From contig BDTO01000021.1 of NCBI GenBank assembly GCA_002897855.1, forward strand, positions 10,472 through 74,471: DNA of 64,000 nt, in the 5' to 3' direction. The notes beneath the pieces were generated by a model, which ran no database searches, was not told where the DNA came from, and was given only the letters and a program-made list of their open reading frames with translations. The DNA is from a bacterium BMS3Bbin05 (GTDB lineage Bacteria > Nitrospirota > Thermodesulfovibrionia > Thermodesulfovibrionales > BMS3Bbin05). Below are positions 40,647-49,049 of this stretch, one piece after another. Every line of letters begins with the position of its first letter. The stretch's first letter is position 1. Position numbers and translations under genes: made by a program.

Positions 40647-41518
40647 TATGTTTTCTCCTCAGGCGGAACAAGATCCACACTCTTGAAGCCGGTAAATACC
40701 ACCTTAAGGGCGTCAAAAAAATCGCTAAATCCTCCGGTTTCAAAGATGACAAACTCTTCCGGGGGCAGGAAGCGTGACAGGTCCTGTCTGATCGCTGCAA
40801 TCATCTCCTGTCTTTCTTTTTTCCCCGGCCTGAGGAAATCATCAACACTCCTCCTGGGAGTAAACGGCGCAGTATACATGGACATTTTCCTTAATACCAT
40901 GTCTGGTGCACACCTTACGCCGTTTAGTTTTGAAAGGTACCAGATATCGTAGAAATCCCTGCCCTTAAGGTACTCCCTTTCAAGCAGAGCCCTGATCTTA
41001 TCGGAGAGAATTTCCTCTTTTGTCTCGACCAACAGGATTGAGCCGGCATTTGGAATCCTGAACTCCCCCGCTGTAATGAGACTGCTAACGAGGGGGAGCG
41101 TGTAGAGAATCATGTTTTGCGTTTGCGGAGCCCTGTTTTTTTTCAGCCTTTCAAATTCAATCTTGACAGAAAAATTTTTCCGTTCATTGATGGGGCGGTA
41201 CCGGAAAAAAGCGATGTGCGATGAAGGCCTCGATGTCTTTTTTGTGCTTACTTCAAATTCTCCGTTGCCGAAATGTGCGATCATACCCTTGCGCACCGGC
41301 CCGGAGATCTTATTAAGAAGATCGCTGAGCTGCTCCTTTTCAAGATGAGTTACGAAATCAAGGTCTTCAGAGAACCTCATTCCACTGTAGCACCACCGGA
41401 TCGCTGTCCCTCCCTGGAAGAAAACGTCACCGCTTTCCTTTAATGCGTAGAGCGAATGCAGGATTACCAACTGCATGATCTCTGAAACCTTAATATCCTT
41501 TTCATTGTAGGCTTTCAT
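40646..41518 (-). CDS. Nucleotidyltransferase AbiEii/AbiGii toxin family (DUF1814)
   Basis: The conserved core is FFQGGTAIRWCYSGMRFSEDLDF. The ORF track extends to 41767, but the extension is hydrophobic junk and covers a promoter-like palindrome. ATG 41518 (MKAYNEKD) gives 290 aa. Confidence 0.8.
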   Translation of the reverse strand: MKAYNEKDIKVSEIMQLVILHSLYALKESGDVFFQGGTAIRWCYSGMRFSEDLDFVTHLEKEQLSDLLNKISGPVRKGMIAHFGNGEFEVSTKKTSRPSSHIAFFRYRPINERKNFSVKIEFERLKKNRAPQTQNMILYTLPLVSSLITAGEFRIPNAGSILLVETKEEILSDKIRALLEREYLKGRDFYDIWYLSKLNGVRCAPDMVLRKMSMYTAPFTPRRSVDDFLRPGKKERQEMIAAIRQDLSRFLPPEEFVIFETGGFSDFFDALKVVFTGFKSVDLVPPEEKT

Positions 41519-41527
41519 ATCGTAATT

Positions 41528-41547
41528 ATAATACAATATTGTATTAT
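41528..41547. promoter_or_regulatory. Perfect 20-bp palindrome upstream of the AbiEii/AbiEi operon (candidate operator)
   Basis: ATAATACAATATTGTATTAT is its own reverse complement. It lies 10 nt upstream of the proposed AbiEii ATG. Confidence 0.45.
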
Positions 41548-41894
41548 ATTGCAAATAACATACACGGGGCACAGGGAGAAAGATAATAAGGGCAAAGGTA
41601 CTCGTGCAGACAGATAAGGGCCCTTTCCGCTTCGGCCTTTCGTACGGAGAGACTGTAATCACGCCTTTTAACAGACCTATTACTGAAAACCGGCTCGTTG
41701 TTATTGGAAAGGACGTGAAAAAAAGCTCAATCGGGAAAGCAATCGATTCGATAAGATATATACCCAAATTGAGCGATTCTTTTATTGAAATATGCCGTAT
41801 GGCGCAATAGCATAGAAATCATGAAATAAGTGTGGTATAATCGAAAAGATTGGAAAATATGAAATAGCTGATTTTCCATAAAGGAGGTTTTTTT

Positions 41895-42296
41895 ATGATT
41901 AATATTACTCTGGCCTTAATGGCTGACTACGCGAATGTTACAAGAGAGGGAAAGTTGAACATCATGGGAATTTTTGAAAATATACATGTACAAACTTTTC
42001 CTGCTACGCACCCGCAGATGCAACTTGTGATGAGTTTGGTTGCCGACCGAAGAGACTGCAATAAAGAGCATAAACTCGAAATCGAATTATTAGATGCTGA
42101 TGGAAATAAGGTATTTTCAATAGGTGGTCAAATGAGAATTCCTACACCTCCGGCTGGACAACAAGCTCGAATGAATCACATTATTCAATTAAATAATTTG
42201 GCTTTCAACAAGCACGGCGATCATGAATTTAAAATAATAGTGAATGGCGAAGTACGCAAGAGTGTTCCTCTCACTGTAACAAAAATCAAGAAATAA
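41895..42296 (+). CDS. Hypothetical protein (all-beta-looking, family not confidently recognised)
   Basis: 133 aa. AGGAGG precedes the ATG, and an extended -10 TGGTATAAT lies at 41833-41841. It is the first gene of a three-gene AT-rich unit with the HicA-like and HicB genes. Confidence 0.5.
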   Translation: MINITLALMADYANVTREGKLNIMGIFENIHVQTFPATHPQMQLVMSLVADRRDCNKEHKLEIELLDADGNKVFSIGGQMRIPTPPAGQQARMNHIIQLNNLAFNKHGDHEFKIIVNGEVRKSVPLTVTKIKK

Positions 42297-42311
42297 AATA
42301 GGTAACATGTT

Positions 42312-42560
42312 ATGTCCAGAGCCCGCAAACTGTTGGAACGCATGCGAAGAAGTAAAGCTGATTGGGGTGCTAATGATCTTCATGCTCTTTATGTCGGATT
42401 TGGTTTTGATTTCAATCATGGATCAAACCATACAATTTATATCCATCCAAAACATCCAGAATTACGTGCAACAGTTGCAAGACATGGCTCACTTGCTGTA
42501 GGATATATTCAACACGCTATTAAACTGATCGACGAATTGAAAAAAATGGAAGGTAACTAA
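42312..42560 (+). CDS. hicA: HicA-like toxin (divergent)
   Basis: 82 aa. The GSNHTIYIHPKHPELRATVARHGSLAVGYIQHAIKLI pattern parallels HicA (GSHH...P.H....l..g....I.k..g). It is directly followed by HicB. Confidence 0.55.
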   Translation: MSRARKLLERMRRSKADWGANDLHALYVGFGFDFNHGSNHTIYIHPKHPELRATVARHGSLAVGYIQHAIKLIDELKKMEGN

Positions 42561-42562
42561 GC

Positions 42563-42928
42563 ATGACAAATCTTACCCTTGAAGACTATATGAAACAATC
42601 CTATGACACCATTATTGTTCCTGATCAATTTACTGATGGGTCACTTTGTTATAGAGCAGAACACCCTCAGTTAAAAGGTTGTATGAGTCATGGACAAACT
42701 CCTGAAGAGGCAGAACAAAACTTAAAGGATGCGAAACGTTTGTATATTTCGACGTTACTCAAGAAAGGCTTAGATGTACCTTTGCCACAAGGGATAACAA
42801 GTGGAACTTTTTCGTCGTTGTCGTATAGTTACATTGTAACTGTAGTGAATCAAGTTGAAGAACTGGCTATTACTAATGTCCATAAGCAATTCAGCATGCC
42901 TCACATGGTAGAGTCTAAGCAGTCATAA
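42563..42928 (+). CDS. hicB: HicB family antitoxin
   Basis: 121 aa. YDTIIVPDQFTDGSLCYRAEHPQLKGCMSHGQTPEEAEQNLKDAKRLYI is the UPF0150/HicB N-terminal fold signature. Confidence 0.8.
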   Translation: MTNLTLEDYMKQSYDTIIVPDQFTDGSLCYRAEHPQLKGCMSHGQTPEEAEQNLKDAKRLYISTLLKKGLDVPLPQGITSGTFSSLSYSYIVTVVNQVEELAITNVHKQFSMPHMVESKQS

Positions 42929-43153
42929 TTACAATTTCAGAAATAACCTCTTGTACTCGTAGACATTTTAATTCCGAGACCACTACTACTATTAATCAAC
43001 AATTTCCACATATACAAACTAAAACATATTGAGGTGTACTCGATAATTTTAACGGCTTTCTACGATTGAAGCATTACACGTGTAGTCCTCAAAAATCGTT
43101 AAATTATTAAGTCAATGGTTATTACGTTAAATGCTCAATGGATAATGATCATG

Positions 43154-44026
43154 TCAATTAAGTTTATTCTTCAACGCTCCAATAATCTCACTTACTACCT
43201 CCGATTTATTCATCGTATAAAAATGGAGGTATTTCACTCCGTTATCCAGCAAGTCCTCACATTGTTGTACGGCCAGATCGATCCCTACCCTCTGCATTTC
43301 ATCAGGTTTATCCAGTATACCGGACATCCTGTCTTCAACTTCTTTCGGAATCGTCGCCTTACAGAAAGATGCAAATTTTCTTATCTTGTTCAGGTCGGTG
43401 ATCGGCATAATACCCGGAAGGATGGGTATATTTATCCCCTTCTTATAAGCCCTGTCAAGAAAATCCAGAAAATACCTGCTGTCAAAAAACATCTGTGAAA
43501 TCCCGAAATCTGCGCCGGCATCGATCTTCTGTTTAGCGTATTCCAGGTCGGCCTCCGCCGAGGTCGCCTCCTGGTGCACTTCCGGGTAGACCGCCACGGA
43601 TATGGAAAAATAGTCATACTTTTTAATGAATTTTACCAGATCAACAGCATAGGAAAACTCGCCTTTCGTTGGATCGAAGTCAGGGACATCCGGCGGCGGA
43701 TCTCCCCTCAGGGCCAGGATATTATCAATCCCGTGCTCCTTATAGTCATTTAACAGGCTGTCCATTGACTCTGCCGTGGCACCGATACAGGTAAGGTGCG
43801 ACATTAAGGTCAGGCCGGTCTCCTCCTTTAGCATATACAGGACATCCCTTGTTCTCTCCTGCGTGGTACCGCCCGCTCCATAAGTAACAGATGCGTACAT
43901 CGGGTCGAATGTACTGAGCTCCTTTGCAACCGTCAGGAGCTGTTTCTTCCCTTCTTCAGTCTTTGGCGGAAAGAACTCAAAGGATATGCCTTTATCCCGC
44001 TTTTTAAATATCTCACTTATTTTCAT
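43154..44026 (-). CDS. metF: 5,10-methylenetetrahydrofolate reductase
   Basis: 290 aa with ISFEFFPPKTEEG...VTYGAGGTT...HLTCIG...LALRGDPP motifs. Confidence 0.93.
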   Translation of the reverse strand: MKISEIFKKRDKGISFEFFPPKTEEGKKQLLTVAKELSTFDPMYASVTYGAGGTTQERTRDVLYMLKEETGLTLMSHLTCIGATAESMDSLLNDYKEHGIDNILALRGDPPPDVPDFDPTKGEFSYAVDLVKFIKKYDYFSISVAVYPEVHQEATSAEADLEYAKQKIDAGADFGISQMFFDSRYFLDFLDRAYKKGINIPILPGIMPITDLNKIRKFASFCKATIPKEVEDRMSGILDKPDEMQRVGIDLAVQQCEDLLDNGVKYLHFYTMNKSEVVSEIIGALKNKLN

Positions 44027-44094
44027 CTTGCCTCCCTAAAAAAAATTTTTACCGCCGATATTGGCAAAATAACACAAATTTTCTTCTGAAAATT

Positions 44095-44298
44095 CACCCT
44101 CACCCCAACCCTCTCCCACAAGAGGCTGTGTCACAATTGTCATCCCTGAAATAAATTCAGGGCAGGCTCTGAACTTGTTTCAGGATCTATACAAAACGTA
44201 GCATATTGAAAATACGAGATTCTGAAATGAATTCAGAATGACATCATATGCGTTTTCGGAATTATGACACAGCCTCCAAGGGGAAGGGGATTAGGGGG
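44095..44298. repeat. Composite ~200-bp nested inverted-repeat element (MITE/REP-like)
   Basis: The outer arms are caccctcaccccaaccctctcccacaagaggctgtgtca (44095-44133) and tgacacagcctccaaggggaaggggattaggggg (44265-44298). They share the 12-nt core gaggctgtgtca. The inner GTCAT-headed hairpins lie at 44138-44162 and 44219-44243 in opposite orientation. Confidence 0.65.
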
Positions 44299-44439
44299 AT
44301 GATAAATTTTCATTCCCCTTTGTATCCCGACCTGTGTCGAGGCATGTATGTTTCACCGATTCTACATTTCTCTTCTAATCTTATCCGTGTTTATCTGCGT
44401 CAATCCGTGGCCAAGTATATATTTCTTTTTTCCCATGGC

Positions 44440-44964
44440 TTATTTATTTATGTTAATCTCCCCGTCAATTTTTACCGGTCTGACCAGGCTATCCATCACC
44501 GGGCAGTGGGCAATTACCTTTTCCGCAAGTTTACGGACCTTTTCTTCATTGTCGCCGGATTCAATGTCCATATGGTATTTTATATTATTGAACCCGGAAG
44601 GCACAGTGTCATCAACCATGAACAGGCCCCGCAGGTCAAGTTCTCCTTCAACATCCACAGTCATGGACTTTATTTTTATCCCTTCATGGAGGGCAAATTC
44701 GTAAAATGCGCTCTCTATGCATGCCGCCAGTGCGGACAGGAGGAGTTCAATGGGATTCGGCGCCAGATTCGTACCCCCGGCAGGTCCGGCATAGTCTGCC
44801 TTAACAGTATGATCCCTTACCGACGTCTCTGTATAAAGACCATATATATGCCTCGACGTTACCTTCGGCCTATATACTGCAACTTCAGGCTTCTGCTTAA
44901 ACAGGCCGATTCTTTTTGATACAATCTTCCTGAGCTTTTCGTCATCAAATTTCTCCATCAACAA
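44440..44964 (-). CDS. OsmC/Ohr family protein
   Basis: 174 aa. GGTNLAPNPIELLLSALAACIESAF is the OsmC core. GAGGAGG precedes the ATG. Confidence 0.8.
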   Translation of the reverse strand: MLMEKFDDEKLRKIVSKRIGLFKQKPEVAVYRPKVTSRHIYGLYTETSVRDHTVKADYAGPAGGTNLAPNPIELLLSALAACIESAFYEFALHEGIKIKSMTVDVEGELDLRGLFMVDDTVPSGFNNIKYHMDIESGDNEEKVRKLAEKVIAHCPVMDSLVRPVKIDGEININK

Positions 44965-44994
44965 ACCTCCTCATAAGAATTATCCATAAAAATA

Positions 44995-45010
44995 AGCAAG
45001 AACAATACCA
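44995..45010 (-). promoter_or_regulatory. Sigma-54 (-24/-12) promoter for the OsmC gene at 44440-44964
   Basis: The minus strand reads TGGTAT-TGTTC-TTGCT. GG and GC have the canonical spacing (consensus TGGCAC-N5-TTGCW). The -12 element is about 30 nt upstream of the ATG. Confidence 0.6.
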
Positions 45011-45050
45011 AATATTTGACTTTATGCCTGATTTAAAAAAATAATAAGGG

Positions 45051-46559
45051 ATGAAAGATGAAGAAGTCGAAGACTTCCATGGAACCCTCGAAAAGCAGAA
45101 TAAGAAGCTTTCCATCCTTTATGAGATATCCCTGACCGTAAGCGAGTCCCTTGATCTTAAAGCAGTTCTTGCTGATGTGTTACAGAAAATAATTGAATTC
45201 ATGTCTGTTGATGCCGGCGTCATCTATGTTATTAACGAAGATACCATGGAAATGATTCCATTGGCATTCAGAAACCTTTCGGACGAGGTAATCAAGGACC
45301 TTACGGAGAAAAGGGTTAAGATAGGCGAGTGCATGTGTGGAAATATTGCCCAGCTTGACTGTGAAGTAATCATAAATGAGAAGGCGTCCGAAGACAGCAG
45401 ATTCACACGTGTATCTCTCAGAAAGGAAGGGATGGAGTTCTATGCAGGACTACCTCTCAAGGCAAAAGGAAAGGTGGTCGGGGTACTTTGCGCTATCACT
45501 CACCGGATGTATATACCTGACACTGAAGTTCTGGACATTCTGCGCGCAGCAACCGTTCCAATCGGACTGGCCATTGAAAACGCCCGCCTGTTTGAAGATA
45601 TTAAAAAGGAGGCGGAGGATAAAAACAGGTATCTGAATTTTGAAGGGATAATAACAAACAGCAACAGAATGAATGAAATATTGAACCTTGTGAGGAAAGT
45701 CCTGAACGTTCCGACAAGCCTGCTGATTTACGGGGAAAGCGGTACCGGCAAGGAGCTGATAGCAAGGGCAATTCACTATAACAGTATCAGGAAAGATAAA
45801 CCCTTTATCCCCATTAATTGCGCTGCGCTTCCCGAAACCCTTCTTGAGTCGGAGCTGTTTGGATATGTAAAGGGGGCATTTACCGGCGCTGTTGAAGATA
45901 AAAAAGGACTGCTTGAAGCGGCAGATGAAGGGACATTGTTCCTTGATGAGGTCAATTCCATGAGCGGGAATTTGCAGCTCAAATTGCTGAGGTTCCTGCA
46001 GGAGAGGACTTTTTACAAGGTAGGCTCTACAACTTCCCGGATGGTTGACCTGAGGATCATAGCTGCCACAAACCAGAACCTCGATGCGTCAAAAGAAAAT
46101 GGAAGCTTCCGCAAAGATCTTTATTACCGCTTGAACGTTATCGGCATTGAACTCCCACCGCTGAGGGAAAGAAGGGAGGATATCCCTCTCCTGAGCAGGT
46201 ACTTTATCAATAAATACAACCGGAAACTGGAGAAAAAAATAAGAAATATTTCGGATAGTGCCCTTTCTTCGCTTTTAACCTACTCATGGCCGGGGAACAT
46301 CAGGGAACTCGAAAACACTATAGAAAGGGCAATAATTATCACCGAAGATAACATGATCAAGGTTGACGACCTGCCTCCCCAGATTCCCCGTCATAAAAAG
46401 GCAATGGACAACTGGTCACTGGAGGTAATTGAAATAGAGCATATTATGAGGGTGCTGAATTTCACAGAAGGGGAAAAAAAGAAGGCCGCAAGACTTTTAG
46501 GTATCGATCAGACCACTCTGTGGAGAAAACTAAAAAAATATAATATTGCCGAAGATTGA
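45051..46559 (+). CDS. Sigma-54-dependent transcriptional activator (GAF, AAA+, Fis-type HTH)
   Basis: 502 aa with an N-terminal GAF domain, Walker A GESGTGKE, the GAFTGA loop, and a C-terminal HTH (AARLLGIDQTTLWRKLKKY). Confidence 0.92.
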   Translation: MKDEEVEDFHGTLEKQNKKLSILYEISLTVSESLDLKAVLADVLQKIIEFMSVDAGVIYVINEDTMEMIPLAFRNLSDEVIKDLTEKRVKIGECMCGNIAQLDCEVIINEKASEDSRFTRVSLRKEGMEFYAGLPLKAKGKVVGVLCAITHRMYIPDTEVLDILRAATVPIGLAIENARLFEDIKKEAEDKNRYLNFEGIITNSNRMNEILNLVRKVLNVPTSLLIYGESGTGKELIARAIHYNSIRKDKPFIPINCAALPETLLESELFGYVKGAFTGAVEDKKGLLEAADEGTLFLDEVNSMSGNLQLKLLRFLQERTFYKVGSTTSRMVDLRIIAATNQNLDASKENGSFRKDLYYRLNVIGIELPPLRERREDIPLLSRYFINKYNRKLEKKIRNISDSALSSLLTYSWPGNIRELENTIERAIIITEDNMIKVDDLPPQIPRHKKAMDNWSLEVIEIEHIMRVLNFTEGEKKKAARLLGIDQTTLWRKLKKYNIAED

Positions 46560-46602
46560 CAAAGTCGTAATAAAGCTTTTTCCACCGCCGGGACCGCAAA
46601 GC

Positions 46603-46747
46603 CCACAGAGAAAGAAAAGACTTTTCAGCCACACGGACACAGACTGAAAGAGAAAAATAAAGGACTATATTATAGTTTTAAATTAATAAAGAATCTTCTA
46701 AAAAGTCTGCGAGAGTCTGTGGCAGAATAATTTTCTTTTTTCTGTGG
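46603..46747. repeat. ~145-bp imperfect palindromic element with CTGTGG/CCACAG-type arms
   Basis: The left arm is ccacagagaaagaaaagacttttcagccacacggacacagact. The right arm is agtctgcgagagtctgtggcagaataattttcttttttctgtgg. An AT-rich centre separates them. Confidence 0.55.
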
Positions 46748-47086
46748 TTATGGTTTTATTATCCACAGGAATACCGGAAGAACCTTTATTTTAATCTGTT
46801 AACCCGGCGTTCTCTGCGGTAAATTCAGTTTTTTACGAAGGCATCCAGATTAACGGCAAATTAAAATCTTTGCTGCCCGTGAGATTGCATTTTGCAAAGG
46901 GGACATATATGCTTTCTTGATCCGGTAAGCACTTTGACACGGTTCAACTATCCCAATGATTTTAAACTTATATTATGGAGCAAATAAAGAAACCTGATTA
47001 GAATAAACAGGTTATCAGTTCGAGTCAGGCTGTAATCCGCAATTTTAAACAAGTTGCTTAAACAGCAATGTTTGTATTTTTCCTGA

Positions 47087-47102
47087 TGGCATGATACTTG
47101 CT
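47087..47102 (+). promoter_or_regulatory. Sigma-54 (-24/-12) promoter for the OsmC/DsrE-like operon
   Basis: TGGCAT-GATAC-TTGCT is a near-perfect match to TGGCAC-N5-TTGCW. It lies about 70 nt upstream of ATG 47174. Confidence 0.7.
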
Positions 47103-47173
47103 TTGTAAGATTATGTCCTTAATGATCCTGTGTTCATGAGGATAAAGAGAAAATAACGAGGAGGTATCAGGCA

Positions 47174-47701
47174 ATGACACTAATTAACGGGCTGGAAACC
47201 GACAATCTGGTGAAGGTTGTCGGACAGGTAAAAGAGAACTGGGAAACAGGAAGGACCACCTGGACGGCATCGACTACCTGGAAGGGAGGATTCAAGGTAG
47301 AGACATGCTCGAGGGACTTTACCCTGACAGCCGACGAACCGGAGATGCTCTGCGGCACCAATACTGCTGCAAACCCGGTAGAGATGGTGCTTCAGGCTTA
47401 TGGCGCCTGTCTGTCAATCGGCTTTGCCATGAATGCAGCAGTCAGGGGAATCAAGCTGGACGATATCAAAATAGAGCTTGCAGGTGAAATCGACCTCCCC
47501 GGCTTTCTTGGGCTTGAACCGCCGGAGAATTTGAACATGGATAAACTCCCCGGATTCAAAACGATAACTGCCAAAATAAAGATCAAAGGAGATGCCGACG
47601 CCAATACCTTAAAAGAACTTCATGAGCACGTTATAAGCACATCTCCCGTAGGCATAACTCTCTCAAGGCCGGTGGACATCAAGACTTCATTGGAAACATA
47701 A
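47174..47701 (+). CDS. OsmC/Ohr family protein
   Basis: 175 aa. GTNTAANPVEMVLQAYGACLSIGF is the OsmC core. AGGAGG precedes the ATG. Confidence 0.85.
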   Translation: MTLINGLETDNLVKVVGQVKENWETGRTTWTASTTWKGGFKVETCSRDFTLTADEPEMLCGTNTAANPVEMVLQAYGACLSIGFAMNAAVRGIKLDDIKIELAGEIDLPGFLGLEPPENLNMDKLPGFKTITAKIKIKGDADANTLKELHEHVISTSPVGITLSRPVDIKTSLET

Positions 47702-47719
47702 GGGAGGAAAGCCATCGGC

Positions 47720-48103
47720 ATGAATACAGACGGGAAGGAAAAGCTCTTTGTTGTCGTTAACGCATCAGGATTCAATAATATGGGACGGGTCAAGACAGCC
47801 TTGATGTTTGCAACAGTCGCTGCGGGCGCCGACTACCGCTCAGTATTATACACAGTACAGGACGGCGTCGATATAATGATAAAAGGTGAGATAGGCAAGC
47901 ATGAGAAATGCGTGCCCGGGTCTCCATCTCTCTCCCGGAGGCTGAATGAGGCGCTCGATGCGGGAGTTGAAATACTCTGCTGTTCACAGGCAGTTAAAAA
48001 TAAAGGGGTAGAGAAAAAAGATCTGATTACAGGAGTGGGAATCGCGGGAGCAATGACCCTGATACAACTGACTGCACAGGCACGCGGGATTCTCACTTTT
48101 TGA
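47720..48103 (+). CDS. DsrE/DsrF-like (COG2210 peroxiredoxin-like) family protein
   Basis: 127 aa. It has a Rossmann-like start KLFVVVNASG..., then ILCCSQAVKNKGV. It is co-oriented with the OsmC gene 18 nt upstream. Confidence 0.6.
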   Translation: MNTDGKEKLFVVVNASGFNNMGRVKTALMFATVAAGADYRSVLYTVQDGVDIMIKGEIGKHEKCVPGSPSLSRRLNEALDAGVEILCCSQAVKNKGVEKKDLITGVGIAGAMTLIQLTAQARGILTF

Positions 48104-48137
48104 TTAATAAAAACTTTTCCAGGAGGGCTAACCGGCC

Positions 48138-49049
48138 TCACCTGTAATGGTCCGGGCCGGGATGCACCTCACGAATGATGGAAAGATCGAATATTTTTTC
48201 CTTCGGGATTTCACTTTCAATGTATCCCAGTTCTCTGAGCCTTTTTGTAAGCCGCATTGTGCAGGATATATAGCCTTCAGTCAATGAAGCGCAGTACCGT
48301 GGTGAAGTATTGAGGGTGTCAAGGACGAATTCCTCATCAACCACACCCATCAATTCCGCGATATCCGCCGCAACGGATTCCCGGCTGTTTCTGAGCATTT
48401 CCGAAGCCCTCTCGTGACGTACAATGAAATCCTTTATAACGGCCCTTTCACTTGACAGCAGATCCTCACGGACAAGAATGCCATAACTCGGGTTGTCAGG
48501 CCAAAGCAGGTTGGACGGATATACGATCTTTCCTCCTGCATAATTGATCACCGCCTGTGCGAGTGAAGGGGTGCCTGCAACCGCATCAACTTCGCCGTGA
48601 ACAAATGCCTCCAGTAACCGGTCAGCCCACGCAAAGTTACGCACCTCAACGGGTACATTGTTGGCATGAACCGCATCCATCAGGATAAGGTCATGAATTG
48701 AACCCTTCCCCGGCACGCCGATAATTTTATGACATGAGAGTATCTCTCCAAACTTATCCGTTTCAGGATAAGCCGGGGAACCGGCGCCTGCGGCAATTAC
48801 TGTGCCTTCGACATGGCCTCCTGCAATACACCTGATTTTTGTGCCCTTATCAATCCCTATAACAGCAGGCGGCAGACCTATGTAAGCCATATCAATTTCC
48901 TTCTTCCTGAATGCCTCCACAATAGCGGGGCCCGTCCCGAAAAGGCTCCATTCAACTTCTGCCCCGAATCCGTCAAGCAATTCCTCGCGCGCCATCATGA
49001 GAATCGATGTATGGTAAAGTGTTGAAAGATGCCCGACTCTTAATCGCAT
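48138..49049 (-). CDS. SsuA/NMT1/THI5-like periplasmic-binding-fold protein without an obvious signal peptide
   Basis: 303 aa. LRVGHLSTLYHTSILMMA...FGTGPAIVEAFRKKEIDMAYIGLPP follows the type-II SBP pattern. The N-terminus has no hydrophobic leader. Confidence 0.6.
   Translation of the reverse strand: MRLRVGHLSTLYHTSILMMAREELLDGFGAEVEWSLFGTGPAIVEAFRKKEIDMAYIGLPPAVIGIDKGTKIRCIAGGHVEGTVIAAGAGSPAYPETDKFGEILSCHKIIGVPGKGSIHDLILMDAVHANNVPVEVRNFAWADRLLEAFVHGEVDAVAGTPSLAQAVINYAGGKIVYPSNLLWPDNPSYGILVREDLLSSERAVIKDFIVRHERASEMLRNSRESVAADIAELMGVVDEEFVLDTLNTSPRYCASLTEGYISCTMRLTKRLRELGYIESEIPKEKIFDLSIIREVHPGPDHYR

Noticed and set aside
41519-41767. The 83-codon N-terminal extension of the AbiEii ORF, and the opposite-strand ORF 41604-41810.
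   Set aside because: The extension is hydrophobic and low complexity and runs across the 20-bp palindrome and promoter-like AT-rich DNA. Family proteins start near MKAY. The 68-aa plus-strand ORF has no SD or motif.
44248-44919. A 223-aa plus-strand ORF between metF and the activator gene.
   Set aside because: It starts inside the repeat element and reads through the ATCCGTG decamer cluster. It is antisense to a well-supported OsmC gene.
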